DNA of 64,000 nt from positions 19,982 to 83,981 of the forward strand of contig CAZARR010000001.1 in the NCBI GenBank assembly GCA_964487665.1, read 5' to 3'. A program made the translations under genes and the position numbers. The notes beneath the pieces were generated by a model that ran no database searches, was not told the DNA's origin, and was given only the letters and a program-made list of their open reading frames with translations. Positions 18,943 to 27,961 of the stretch are shown here, piece after piece. Positions within the stretch are counted from its first letter, which is position 1. Every line of letters starts with the position of its first letter. This stretch comes from an uncultured Pseudomonadales bacterium (GTDB taxonomy: Bacteria; Patescibacteriota; Microgenomatia; UBA1400; MFAQ01).

Positions 18943-19860
18943 ATGGCACGTAAAGCAACTACTCAACCTTTAGGCACTGGCATTGAAACATTGAAACAGG
19001 CGTTGGTGCCTGTTGTTAAGAAACAATCTGCGCTGGAGGTGGCGCAAGAGAAAGAGAAGGCTGCTGAGGAGCAGCTTTCTTCTGCCTTAGCTGGGCTGGC
19101 TAAGGCGTTGCCTGCACAGCGTGGGCACTGGAACCTGCGGGTGGCGCAGGCACAGGCAGCGGTGAGTGCTGCCCGCCATGAGCGCGAGAGCGTTCAGGAT
19201 GAAATGTTCGCGGCGGAGTGTCGCGAGCTTATGGCTGTTCCGGGTGTGGAGCAGCGTATTGGTGCTGTTGCCCGTCGCATCTGGGGCATGGTGGCAGGTG
19301 TTAACATGGAGGCTGTGATAGCAGCCGTGTTAGACTATGCACGCCGTAAGGGAGGCGTGTATGTAGGGTCTCAAAAGGGAGACCTGATGCTCCACAGCCG
19401 CTTGCGTAAGCATGTGGCTGAGGTCTGCGGGATGCAGACTATGGAGCAGCGTGAGCGTAACGCTGCTGCCAACAAACGCTATGAGGCGGAGTTGGCAGAG
19501 CAGGGTCGAGAGGCTGCTGCTCGTCTTGCGCGGGAGCGTAAGGCTGCCGAGGTGAAGCTCGGCTTGGAGCAGGTGGTGCTCCAGTCAGCTCTTGCGAAGG
19601 AGCAGGAGTTGAGTGCATTGAAACAACGCTATGCGGAGGCTGTCGCCGCATGTGCTGGTGATAAGACAGCAGCATTGGCACGGTTAGGCGTTGCCAGTGC
19701 TCAACGCTTCATCGATTTGATGAAGTGGGAGCGTGCCGAGATGGCACGTTTAGCTGCTGAGATGGCAGCGGAGCAAGAGCGGGCTGAGGCTGCCCGCAAA
19801 GAGAGCGAGAAGGCTCTCTTCACCGCCTTGGGTGGTGAGTTAGATGCGTTAGGGTTGTAG
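18943..19860 (+). CDS. Ala-rich coiled-coil protein (306 aa), GC-rich codons
   Basis: ATG at 18943; the track's TTG is at 18934. Long A/E/R/K/Q heptad-like sequence. Confidence 0.45.
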   Translation: MARKATTQPLGTGIETLKQALVPVVKKQSALEVAQEKEKAAEEQLSSALAGLAKALPAQRGHWNLRVAQAQAAVSAARHERESVQDEMFAAECRELMAVPGVEQRIGAVARRIWGMVAGVNMEAVIAAVLDYARRKGGVYVGSQKGDLMLHSRLRKHVAEVCGMQTMEQRERNAAANKRYEAELAEQGREAAARLARERKAAEVKLGLEQVVLQSALAKEQELSALKQRYAEAVAACAGDKTAALARLGVASAQRFIDLMKWERAEMARLAAEMAAEQERAEAARKESEKALFTALGGELDALGL

Positions 19861-19979
19861 TAAGCAGCCTGCCGTATGCCCTGTAAGGTATGCGGTGGGC
19901 GATATGAATAGAGCGTGAAACAATGGTGTGTTATGCACTATTGGAGTAGCGCTTCTTTTACCTTCTAATGAGTTATATC

Positions 19980-20555
19980 ATGAAACAGTTTATAGATAAG
20001 CTAACCGCTTTAGAAGCGTGTGATGGTGAAGGACAAGCTATGCCGTGGGTATGTGAGCAGCCTGATGTAGAGACGGTGTATAGAGAGTGTAAGCGAGGCG
20101 ACTGGATGCTATGGTACATCTATAAGAGTGGCATAGCATTACAAGATAAGCGCAAGTGGATAGGGTGCAAGGTAGAGATAGCATTGCAGGTACAGCACTT
20201 GATGAAAGACGAGCGTAGCATCAAAGCGTTAGAGATGGCAGAGCTATATAGCAAAGGACAAGCAACGGAGGAAGAGCTGAAACAGGCTACTGCTGCTGCT
20301 TATGATGCTTATTCTGCTGCTTATTCTGCTGCTGCTGCTTATGATGCTGCTTATGCTGCTGCTACTGATGATGCTGCTGCTGCTGCTACTGCTTATGTTG
20401 ATGCTGCTGCTTATACTGCTGCTGCTGCTTATGATGCTGCTTATGCTGCTGCTGATGATGATGCTGCTGATGCTGCTGATGCTGAGAAACATAAGTCTTT
20501 AGCCGATAGTGCTGATATAGTGCGTAAGTGGTACTCACTGGAGGAGTTATTATGA
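19980..20555 (+). CDS. Paralog family member 1 (conserved WMLWYIY...DKRKWIGCKVEIA...ADIVRKWYSLEE), with a long Ala/Tyr/Asp low-complexity insert
   Basis: ATG at 19980 matches the MKQFIDKLT N-terminus of the paralog at 31900. The N-terminal 300 nt are about 85% identical to 31900-32200 at the DNA level. Confidence 0.55.
   Translation: MKQFIDKLTALEACDGEGQAMPWVCEQPDVETVYRECKRGDWMLWYIYKSGIALQDKRKWIGCKVEIALQVQHLMKDERSIKALEMAELYSKGQATEEELKQATAAAYDAYSAAYSAAAAYDAAYAAATDDAAAAATAYVDAAAYTAAAAYDAAYAAADDDAADAADAEKHKSLADSADIVRKWYSLEELL
20283..20480 (+). repeat. Triplet-repeat tract inside the CDS, (GCT)n interspersed with TAT/GAT/ACT
   Basis: Encodes AAAYDAAYAAATDDAAAAATAYVDAAAYTAAAAYDAAYAAADDDAADAADAE. 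A shorter homologous tract lies at 32203-32300. Confidence 0.7.
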
Positions 20556-20839
20556 GAAGAGAAACGATTAACCAAAAGCTGAAAAAGGCTTTTGGTGGTG
20601 ATGTGATAGATGTATGTCTAAGGGATGATGGATATGTTGGGTCTCATTTATACCATAGAGATGCAGTACGCGGTACTACTATTTTAGTAAAAGCTACGAT
20701 AGTAGATATTGAGATGATTGATAAAGAGGATTACGGTGAAGACCGGTGTGGCTTTGTGTTAGTAACTGTTGAGTATGAAGGGAAGCGTAGTGCTGTTCGT
20801 ATGTATTGGGAAGATATGTTTGACCATGATAATGAGTAA
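20552..20839 (+). CDS. Hypothetical protein (95 aa)
   Basis: GGAGGAG SD. ATGA overlap with the upstream stop. Confidence 0.5.
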   Translation: MRRETINQKLKKAFGGDVIDVCLRDDGYVGSHLYHRDAVRGTTILVKATIVDIEMIDKEDYGEDRCGFVLVTVEYEGKRSAVRMYWEDMFDHDNE

Positions 20840-20893
20840 TGCTTACTAAGTGTGATGAAGCCCTACATGCTATGATGTGTGTAGGGCTATATA

Positions 20894-20923
20894 CTTAACC
20901 CAAGTGCATTGATATACGCATAG
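20894..20923 (+). promoter_or_regulatory. Copy C of the conserved 30-nt motif, about 270 nt upstream of the 1247-aa gene
   Basis: CTTAACCCAAGTGCATTGATATACGCATAG. 23/30 identity to copy B. Confidence 0.4.
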
Positions 20924-21123
20924 TCCTCGCCGGTATGGGGACAGATGACACGCTATAACTCGGAAATAAGAAGGCGTGTGGTACGACGGGGCAGATGCTG
21001 CTCCACCATCGTAGAAGTAAAGCAACATATCGTTCCGTAGCAGGATAGATGGCGTTGCGTTGTACCTTGGCGGCGTTGGTAAAGAAACGCATGTTTTTTT
21101 TATAGATACATTGTATGTGTATC

Positions 21124-21153
21124 TTGACGTATAGGAGAGGTAAGCTGTACTAT
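21124..21153 (+). promoter_or_regulatory. Candidate sigma70-type promoter, TTGACG-N18-TACTAT
   Basis: Lies 43 nt upstream of the ATG at 21196. A T8 run precedes it. Confidence 0.3.
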
Positions 21154-21195
21154 ACGGTAGGGGTGTACCCTTTAGTGAAATAACTGCTCTTAGAC

Positions 21196-24100
21196 ATGGC
21201 AACAATCGCTATGACTGCTACTTTTGTTAACCGCGTGAGTGGCGCGGTAGTCAGTCGGTGGGCTGACTTTGTGAGTGCGCTAGAGGCGGTGCGTTTGGGT
21301 GGTGTGTGTGAGTTGTCGGTGTATGGCGGTGCTCCGACGGAGTATGATGAGGATGGTGATGTGGTGGAGTATGGGTTCGATGTATGTCGTGGAGGTGTTG
21401 ATGACGAGTTGTACATCATGGACGGTCAGTGGGCATGTGTTGCTGTGGTTCGCTTGGTTCGTGATAAGCATGGTGTTGTCAGTGAGGTGGTGCTCGTTAC
21501 TGCGATGAGCAAGTATGAGTATCAGTATGTGCGTGCTGGTGGTGGTGGTGTTAAGTGTGTGTATCGTGGTGCTGTGCATGGGCTGTTGGCGCAAGAGTGT
21601 CTGTTCGATATGAGTGTGAGTGATGTACGGGTGATTGAGAGCAGCCGAGTAGGGTTTGTTAGTGGTATGACGATAGAGGCGTTCTGTTATGCGTATCGTT
21701 TGTCGTTTGCTCATTGGCGGCGTGCGCGTATTGGTGTAGGTGTAGATGCTACATGGATGGATGATAACTGTGTGTATCGCAATAGTGATGGTTCTGAGAT
21801 GATAGATATCATGAATCATCTTATTGCTGATGGCATTACTGATGCTAAAAAGATATGTGATGCTTTAAACAGCAAAGGAGGCTTAGTTGGACTATGCATT
21901 CAGGATGATATTATTGAGAGTGTATCATGGAATGTTAATGGGTTGGTGTATATATATTGTCTAAATGGTAATAAGCTTATGATAGGAGAAGGCTGTTACA
22001 CTGTATCTAATGTTCGAGATATGATTGTACTTGGGAAGCGTGTCATAGTAGAGGATACTGTTGCATATGTTGACGAGGAGATGGACGTGATGGATCAGTT
22101 GCGTGGCGTCATTGTCGGTAGTCGTGTGAAGCGTAGCATGGTGTTGCCCGAGACGTTGAATGAGTTCAACAGATACGATGTAGGTATTGTCGAGTTCATA
22201 TATGAGGAGATATGCGAGGTTAGTGAGCATAGAGGCAAGCTGGGAGTACGCATCGAGTTTCCTAGTGCTGTTCGTCCGGGTGCGGGGTTAGGGACAACAC
22301 ATTGGGCGTACATGAGTATTAGCGACATACTGATGAAAGGTATGTTTGTGCAGCGCGTGGCTACTGGTGTTGACGTTCCCGTTATGCCTGATGATGCTGC
22401 TATCGGTGCTGCTATGCGCGACGGTGCTGAGATACCTGTTGATGGCAAGAGAGAGCCCAAGAGACGTACTGTTAAGGGCTATGTAGGACAGATGCCGTAC
22501 TATGATGTTAGCGAGGTGCACATGGAGACGTTGACGAGTGGTTATGGTCCTAAGAATACTCGTTTTGTGCGTATGAAGGACGGGTATAGCGTACAGGCTG
22601 ATGCGTTGAAGCGCAAGGATGGCACGTTGATACACATTAGTGGTCAAGGGTGGGTGTATATGAGTAAGGTAGGGTACTGTCTGGCTACGTTGAAGGGGGG
22701 CATGCACGGCTGGACGTCGCCTGTAGCTAACGGTGATGGCGAGTGGTTGATGATGAACCCTTGGAGTGATGGTGATGCTGTATTAGAGGTAGCGCAGTGC
22801 ATCAGCATCAAGGAGAGCGGTGATGTGTTGTACATACGCCGCAGGGGTGGTCGTGATGGCGAGTGGGTGTCATGTGGCAAGTACATACATGAGGGTCGCA
22901 TCGTAGAGGTGATGGCAGTACCGTTCAAGGGCATGCGGACGGTATTGCACCTGCTATTCAACGGCTACGGTGCTGTGAAGGGCTTAGAGGCGCATGGTGT
23001 AGAGCATAGCACTAAGAAGCTGCACAACTACGAAGTGCTTACGATAGGTGGCGTGCACTACCAACTGAAAGGCGATGGTAGTCTGCACCATATATCAGAC
23101 CTTAATGTATGGCTGATAGGTGTGTATGAGGAGTTGGTGGGCAAGTATGACCGTGATGAGCTACTCGCTTATGTGGGTAAGATGTACTCTGTCTGCAAAG
23201 AGAAGCGGGACAACCATGTCTATCGTAGTAACTACAACGAGTGTTACCACGAGAGAATGAAGAGAAGCATGATGCTGGGCGATGAAGTAGTGTATGAGTA
23301 CAGCGTTACCATATATCATGGAAGCGGTGATAAAGAGGTAGAGCGTGCATGTGGTGTCAGGGATATGAGTTATAGCTATGACGATGATGGCGGTAGACTG
23401 TATGAGCAGACGGAGGCTAACAAGCTACGTTTAGCGTATGCCTTGGGACTGCTTACTATTGACGACAAGGAGGCTGTGTTGGACGAGCTTACTGTTATCG
23501 CTGAGGAGCAGTATGCCGACTACTTAGTGAAGCGTGAGGCGTCAAAGGCGGTGCTTACCGATGAGGACAAGGCTGCGTTACGTGCTGCGTTCTCGGGCGA
23601 CTGTACGTGGTTGGGCATGAGTGTGCGTTTTGATTACTGTGTCAAGGATGATGTGTATATGAAGTATGAGCGTGGTCTGTATCGTGGTGATGACCATTAT
23701 ATCCGCGCCTCGATAGGTAGTATGTCATTACAAGGCATAGGTATTGCGAAAGACGGTAATAGCTATATCGTCATTTGTACTGCTGACATGCAAGTACTGG
23801 TTTGGGAATACTTAGGTATTGGCACTATCGTGAAGGTGGAGGTGAGCCGTGCCTTGATAGGGTATGAGAAAGACGATGAAGGCAACATCGTGTATAGTGT
23901 CAATAGTGGGTTACGTGAGGACCTACGCGCTATGGTGGCGGAGCATATCGCTGTAGCTGGTCGTGTGAGCAGCGAGTATGAGTGGATAGACAAGGCGTAT
24001 GGCATTGGGCACCGTAACGTCTATCTACATGTTGTCAGTGGCAGTCGCATGGATGACTTAGCGATGTTGTTCCAAGCGAACCATAGCATTGAAGCGGGCG

Positions 24101-24939
24101 GTAGTGATGTGTTGTATCGTATGTGGGACAGTGGTGCCAAGTGGAGTGAGCTATTGGGTAATAGTAGTGATACTAATAATGACCACGGTTATGCGCATGG
24201 TGAGTACCAGAGCATCGAGGTGAAGGAGTGGGGTGTGCGCTTAGTATGGAATAGCACATGGAATAGCTGTGTTAAGATGTGTGGTGGCTGGAACGAGGAT
24301 AAGGACAGCATCAAGAGTGTGTTATGGGACGGCACTGTGATAGTTGGCGAGTATGAGCGTGATGATGAGTTTCAGACTGTGGGTGCTGCTATGCGCGAAG
24401 GAGCTGCTATACCTATAGAATATAACATTCTTAACAAATGGGACAAGATGTTATATGATAAGATAGGTGAAGTAGAGTATATACGCAACAAGAAGGTGTG
24501 TACCATGCTTGCCGACCTTATACAGTGTGGCAAGGCGACGTATGCCGATGGCGAGAAAGCGAAGTATTGTGGCTATATGAGTCGATGGACTACTGTAAAG
24601 GAACACATCGGTGTTGAACACGTATTCGTATGGAAGCAACGACTGATAGAACGCTCTTTTGGTGGTAAGACATGGCTCGACTATCCATGTTTCTCGTACA
24701 GATGTGTTTTCATGGCTTGTACGTTGCGTCAAGACAGTGTTGAGCGTGGTGGCTTATGGCACTTGAACTGGTGCAGTGGTGATGATGACTTAGCGTTGCA
24801 CTATCTGTCGTATATCACAGAGCATGATATGAACATGGTGAAGGCATATATCTTAGAGCATCACACCAACGATGCTTTTCAAGATATGTTCAATGCGTGG
24901 TGTAAAGAGACTGGCTTGGTGAAGTATAGAAGTAGATGA
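21196..24939 (+). CDS. Large orphan protein (1247 aa), V/G/Y/D/W-rich with an internal repeated motif
   Basis: Single long ORF. The coding strand is GT-rich. Near-repeat GAAMRDGAEIPV (about aa 395) and GAAMREGAAIPI (about aa 1060). DEDGD at about aa 48. No known domain recognised. Confidence 0.55.
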   Translation: MATIAMTATFVNRVSGAVVSRWADFVSALEAVRLGGVCELSVYGGAPTEYDEDGDVVEYGFDVCRGGVDDELYIMDGQWACVAVVRLVRDKHGVVSEVVLVTAMSKYEYQYVRAGGGGVKCVYRGAVHGLLAQECLFDMSVSDVRVIESSRVGFVSGMTIEAFCYAYRLSFAHWRRARIGVGVDATWMDDNCVYRNSDGSEMIDIMNHLIADGITDAKKICDALNSKGGLVGLCIQDDIIESVSWNVNGLVYIYCLNGNKLMIGEGCYTVSNVRDMIVLGKRVIVEDTVAYVDEEMDVMDQLRGVIVGSRVKRSMVLPETLNEFNRYDVGIVEFIYEEICEVSEHRGKLGVRIEFPSAVRPGAGLGTTHWAYMSISDILMKGMFVQRVATGVDVPVMPDDAAIGAAMRDGAEIPVDGKREPKRRTVKGYVGQMPYYDVSEVHMETLTSGYGPKNTRFVRMKDGYSVQADALKRKDGTLIHISGQGWVYMSKVGYCLATLKGGMHGWTSPVANGDGEWLMMNPWSDGDAVLEVAQCISIKESGDVLYIRRRGGRDGEWVSCGKYIHEGRIVEVMAVPFKGMRTVLHLLFNGYGAVKGLEAHGVEHSTKKLHNYEVLTIGGVHYQLKGDGSLHHISDLNVWLIGVYEELVGKYDRDELLAYVGKMYSVCKEKRDNHVYRSNYNECYHERMKRSMMLGDEVVYEYSVTIYHGSGDKEVERACGVRDMSYSYDDDGGRLYEQTEANKLRLAYALGLLTIDDKEAVLDELTVIAEEQYADYLVKREASKAVLTDEDKAALRAAFSGDCTWLGMSVRFDYCVKDDVYMKYERGLYRGDDHYIRASIGSMSLQGIGIAKDGNSYIVICTADMQVLVWEYLGIGTIVKVEVSRALIGYEKDDEGNIVYSVNSGLREDLRAMVAEHIAVAGRVSSEYEWIDKAYGIGHRNVYLHVVSGSRMDDLAMLFQANHSIEAGGSDVLYRMWDSGAKWSELLGNSSDTNNDHGYAHGEYQSIEVKEWGVRLVWNSTWNSCVKMCGGWNEDKDSIKSVLWDGTVIVGEYERDDEFQTVGAAMREGAAIPIEYNILNKWDKMLYDKIGEVEYIRNKKVCTMLADLIQCGKATYADGEKAKYCGYMSRWTTVKEHIGVEHVFVWKQRLIERSFGGKTWLDYPCFSYRCVFMACTLRQDSVERGGLWHLNWCSGDDDLALHYLSYITEHDMNMVKAYILEHHTNDAFQDMFNAWCKETGLVKYRSR

Positions 24940-24982
24940 TATGTGTGTCGGCAGGTGTAGTACGCTATGCTTGCCGATGGTA

Positions 24983-25031
24983 CAGGGTTATGGGTTCATA
25001 CTCGTGGGTGGTTCGACTCCACCCTACCCTG
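24983..25031 (+). ncRNA. tRNA-like minihelix: perfect T-arm GGTGG-TTCGACT-CCACC with a short flanking acceptor-like pairing
   Basis: T-arm at 25007-25023. CAGGGTT pairs with TACCCTG (6/7) only 17 nt upstream. Too short for a full tRNA. Confidence 0.3.
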
Positions 25032-25118
25032 CTATTGACCGTCACGTGTCCCTTGCGGAGCCTCTGACTGTCTTTCTTGTTCTCTCAAAACAAACACGCC
25101 ATAGGAGGGCGTATAACT

Positions 25119-26075
25119 ATGAGAACAGCTATTTTAAAGGCACTGATATTGATGTGCCTATCGTTTATGTGTACGTCTATGTGGGCGGTGTCATTGGCAC
25201 AGCTTACAGGTGAGACGTACAGCCTTAGCCGCGCCTATGAGCGTGTTGTGCTAGGGCGTGAGGACGGTGCTATGGGTGCGCCGTACTCGTACAGTGTATG
25301 TGTGAGATGGATGCGTGAGCAGGGTGCACGTGTCGGTATAGTGTATGATGGCAGTGCTTCGGTGAACGTTGCTATCTTACATGCTGACGTATCGAACTAT
25401 GTACGGCAAGATAGTTCGATAGATGGTGTCCGTGCGTTGCGCCGCATCGTTGATGAGAGCGAGTGTGATGAGTGTCGTGATGGTGTGGAGTGGACTAAGA
25501 GATGGTTAGATAGCATGGAGCGTGAGGTGCGTGATACTATGGTGATGGCTAGTGTGTCTACTGTTCGCGTTGGTGTGTTGAGTGTCGGTGTGTCGATGGT
25601 GAGTATGGTGCCTGCTATGGTGAGTGAGATGGCGAGCATCCCTTCACGTGGCTGGACGGTGGTAGCAGACTGTGGGTATAGTAAGCGTGTCAATATGCGT
25701 GAGTTGTATGATGTGATGATGGAGCGTGGCAGCCATGACGATGAGCGTGCGATGCGATGGGCATGGTGGTCGTTCATACGGAAGCATGGAGGCTCCGTAC
25801 ACCCTAGTGTGTTCATGATGCAGTGCGGAGGAGGGTGTGATGATGTAGAGAGGGCGTTACGTGCTGTTGATGATATGAGTGAGATGCGGGCATGGCACTG
25901 GCTGTCATGTAGGCTATGGGCGTATGAGGCGTGCTGTGCTATGATGGATGATGTGAGCGTGTTGCCGGAGTATAGTGCTGGTGGAAGTGCTGGTGTAGCT
26001 ATGGGTACAGGGCTACATAAGGTGAATGCGGCTAAGAGTAGAAGAGCGTGTAAAAAACAAGGAGGTCGGTCATGA
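25119..26075 (+). CDS. Secreted or exported protein (signal peptide MRTAILKALILMCLSFMCTSMWA), Cys/Trp-rich
   Basis: AGGAGGG 8 nt before the ATG at 25119. The track's TTG is at 25077. Confidence 0.5.
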   Translation: MRTAILKALILMCLSFMCTSMWAVSLAQLTGETYSLSRAYERVVLGREDGAMGAPYSYSVCVRWMREQGARVGIVYDGSASVNVAILHADVSNYVRQDSSIDGVRALRRIVDESECDECRDGVEWTKRWLDSMEREVRDTMVMASVSTVRVGVLSVGVSMVSMVPAMVSEMASIPSRGWTVVADCGYSKRVNMRELYDVMMERGSHDDERAMRWAWWSFIRKHGGSVHPSVFMMQCGGGCDDVERALRAVDDMSEMRAWHWLSCRLWAYEACCAMMDDVSVLPEYSAGGSAGVAMGTGLHKVNAAKSRRACKKQGGRS

Positions 26076-26428
26076 GAAAGACAGATATGACGTTGCTTGG
26101 GTATAAGCAAGGAGAACCTTTGATTGACTACACAAAAGACAATCAAAGGTGCTTATGTCATGAGGAGTTCTACAAGAAAGTAGATATTCCATGCGACACT
26201 AATGATACAGCGCAGATATGTGTGATATATACAGAGTATAAGCATACGTTATGCATTGTAGGCTCATATGAGATAGAGCTTACAGTACATGTTGGTTCTC
26301 TTTGGTTGAAGATATTGGTGTATAACGGCATAACAGATGACGATATATCGTCTGTATTGATGGATGCAGAGGTTCGTTTAGCTATGATGGTTGATGCATG
26401 GCGTAACTATAAAGGAGGTCGGTCATGA
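26072..26428 (+). CDS. Hypothetical protein (118 aa)
   Basis: AAGGAGGTCGGTCATGA junction with ATGA coupling. Confidence 0.55.
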   Translation: MRKTDMTLLGYKQGEPLIDYTKDNQRCLCHEEFYKKVDIPCDTNDTAQICVIYTEYKHTLCIVGSYEIELTVHVGSLWLKILVYNGITDDDISSVLMDAEVRLAMMVDAWRNYKGGRS

Positions 26429-26661
26429 AGTGGCAACATGTAACAATAGCGTTGAGTGTTGTTATCGTAACGCTTGGTGTGTTGGTTGTATATGGCGCAT
26501 ATAAGGAAGATGGCGATTGGCATGTTGCATTGTATATGGTGATAGTCCCGTGCATGGCTGGTTTTATGAGTATATGTTGGTCTGTATCTTGTCTATCAGA
26601 TGAATGGACACATAGCGGATTGTTAGATGACGGTGTTGACGATATAGAGGATATGTCATGA
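26425..26661 (+). CDS. Small membrane protein (2 TM)
   Basis: The identical AAGGAGGTCGGTCATGA junction recurs here. Hydrophobic helices. Confidence 0.55.
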   Translation: MKWQHVTIALSVVIVTLGVLVVYGAYKEDGDWHVALYMVIVPCMAGFMSICWSVSCLSDEWTHSGLLDDGVDDIEDMS

Positions 26662-26789
26662 CACCGGAGGAACGTCGCATACGTGAAGGCTTCTTCGGTG
26701 GCTTTCCGCGATGGGATAAGGTGTTCGTGATGATAGCAGCGTTGCTCGTGGTGTTGTCGCTGCTTATAACAAAAGGAGGTTTGATATGA
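26658..26789 (+). CDS. Small membrane protein (43 aa, not in the ORF track)
   Basis: ATGA-coupled ATG followed by a hydrophobic MIAALLVVLSLLI segment. Coordinates are +/-1. Confidence 0.4.
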   Translation: MTPEERRIREGFFGGFPRWDKVFVMIAALLVVLSLLITKGGLI

Positions 26790-26932
26790 GTGCAATAGGA
26801 CTACTGATGTTGATAGGCGGGCTACTATTGATAGTGGTATCGCCTACCGTTGATGCTGATAAGCGCGTCCGTGCTTTCTGGTGTGGTATCGTGTGTGTCG
26901 CATGTGCAACCCTGTTCGAGCTATGGAGTTAA
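26786..26932 (+). CDS. Small membrane protein (48 aa, not in the ORF track)
   Basis: AAAAGGAGGT SD. Sequence LLMLIGGLLLIVVSP. TAATG overlap with the next gene. Coordinates are +/-1. Confidence 0.4.
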   Translation: MSAIGLLMLIGGLLLIVVSPTVDADKRVRAFWCGIVCVACATLFELWS

Positions 26933-27837
26933 TGACCTTTCGACTGCTCAAGACGCCGAATAAGAGCAACTACTATGTCGTCAATGAGCGTGGTGAGCCG
27001 ATAACGGGCAAGTGTTATACAACTAAGGCTAAGGGCAATAAGCAGGCACAGATAGCCTTTACCCTCTTCAACGAGGAGACGAGTATGCCGCTAAAGGATG
27101 CCTACGATAGTGCCTTTCTGACCAGCGTGGTGCATGACATACTGATGAAAGATATGTTCACGCATGATGAGCACGGCTTATGCTTGCGTAATACACCCGA
27201 TATGTATGAGTATAGGTACAATGTGGACAAGCTATATGCATGGGTTCGTAAGCTATGCCGTATAAGCGCACGTGATGAGATGATGATATACCAGCCGTAC
27301 ACACCTATAAAGAGTGATGTAAAAGCTATGCTACGCTTCGAGAGCAACGACAACCTATGGGAGTACATCGAAGAGTGGCACAGAGGTGATAAAGTACATG
27401 ACTTTAGATGGTATTACTCGTCATATAGTTATGGTAGTGGACATACAATGCGTACACACTCCCTTGGTCGCTTGGTGCGTGGCATGATAGAGGCTGACCT
27501 ATGGCAGTACGCTATAAGGTACGACAACAGCGGATATGTGGGCAGAGATACGAAGCTAATGCTGTACCGAGTGCCATTGATAGATGAAGAGTGGTTCCCT
27601 ATACTTATGGCTGAGGCATCGTTTAGTATGCGCGGCAAAGACGGCATCATGCTATCTGCCAATAACGCCCTTGTGACTATCGACGGTGCAGAGAAGCATC
27701 CACGTTGTCTTGCCTTGGATAAGATATGGCGGCTGTTAAGCAGTGTAGATGAGACCAATGTAGCTCTTGGGCAACAGTTGTTAGAGAACGATATGTGGAA
27801 ACAGTATAGCGATGAAGATCTCGTAGATGAGGCATGA
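26932..27837 (+). CDS. Hypothetical protein (about 301 aa)
   Basis: ATG at 26932 overlaps the upstream stop (TAATG). The track's GTG is at 26881. Confidence 0.5.
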   Translation: MTFRLLKTPNKSNYYVVNERGEPITGKCYTTKAKGNKQAQIAFTLFNEETSMPLKDAYDSAFLTSVVHDILMKDMFTHDEHGLCLRNTPDMYEYRYNVDKLYAWVRKLCRISARDEMMIYQPYTPIKSDVKAMLRFESNDNLWEYIEEWHRGDKVHDFRWYYSSYSYGSGHTMRTHSLGRLVRGMIEADLWQYAIRYDNSGYVGRDTKLMLYRVPLIDEEWFPILMAEASFSMRGKDGIMLSANNALVTIDGAEKHPRCLALDKIWRLLSSVDETNVALGQQLLENDMWKQYSDEDLVDEA

Positions 27838-27961
27838 TATACTATTACACCCTTTGTGCGATGGCATCAAACAGAGTGGCTTTCACTACTGCCGTACCCT
27901 TATGGGATACCCGACGGAGGAAGGTAACAAGGCTAAAGGAGCCGATAGGGTCTTATATATC

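Noticed and set aside
20244-20502. Antisense and alternate-frame ORFs across the triplet-repeat tract (a Ser-rich 82-aa ORF and a Leu/Met-rich 66-aa ORF), and the possibility of a CRISPR-like array
   Set aside because: They are artefacts of reading (GCT)n in other frames. The repeats have no unique spacers, so this is coding low complexity, not CRISPR.
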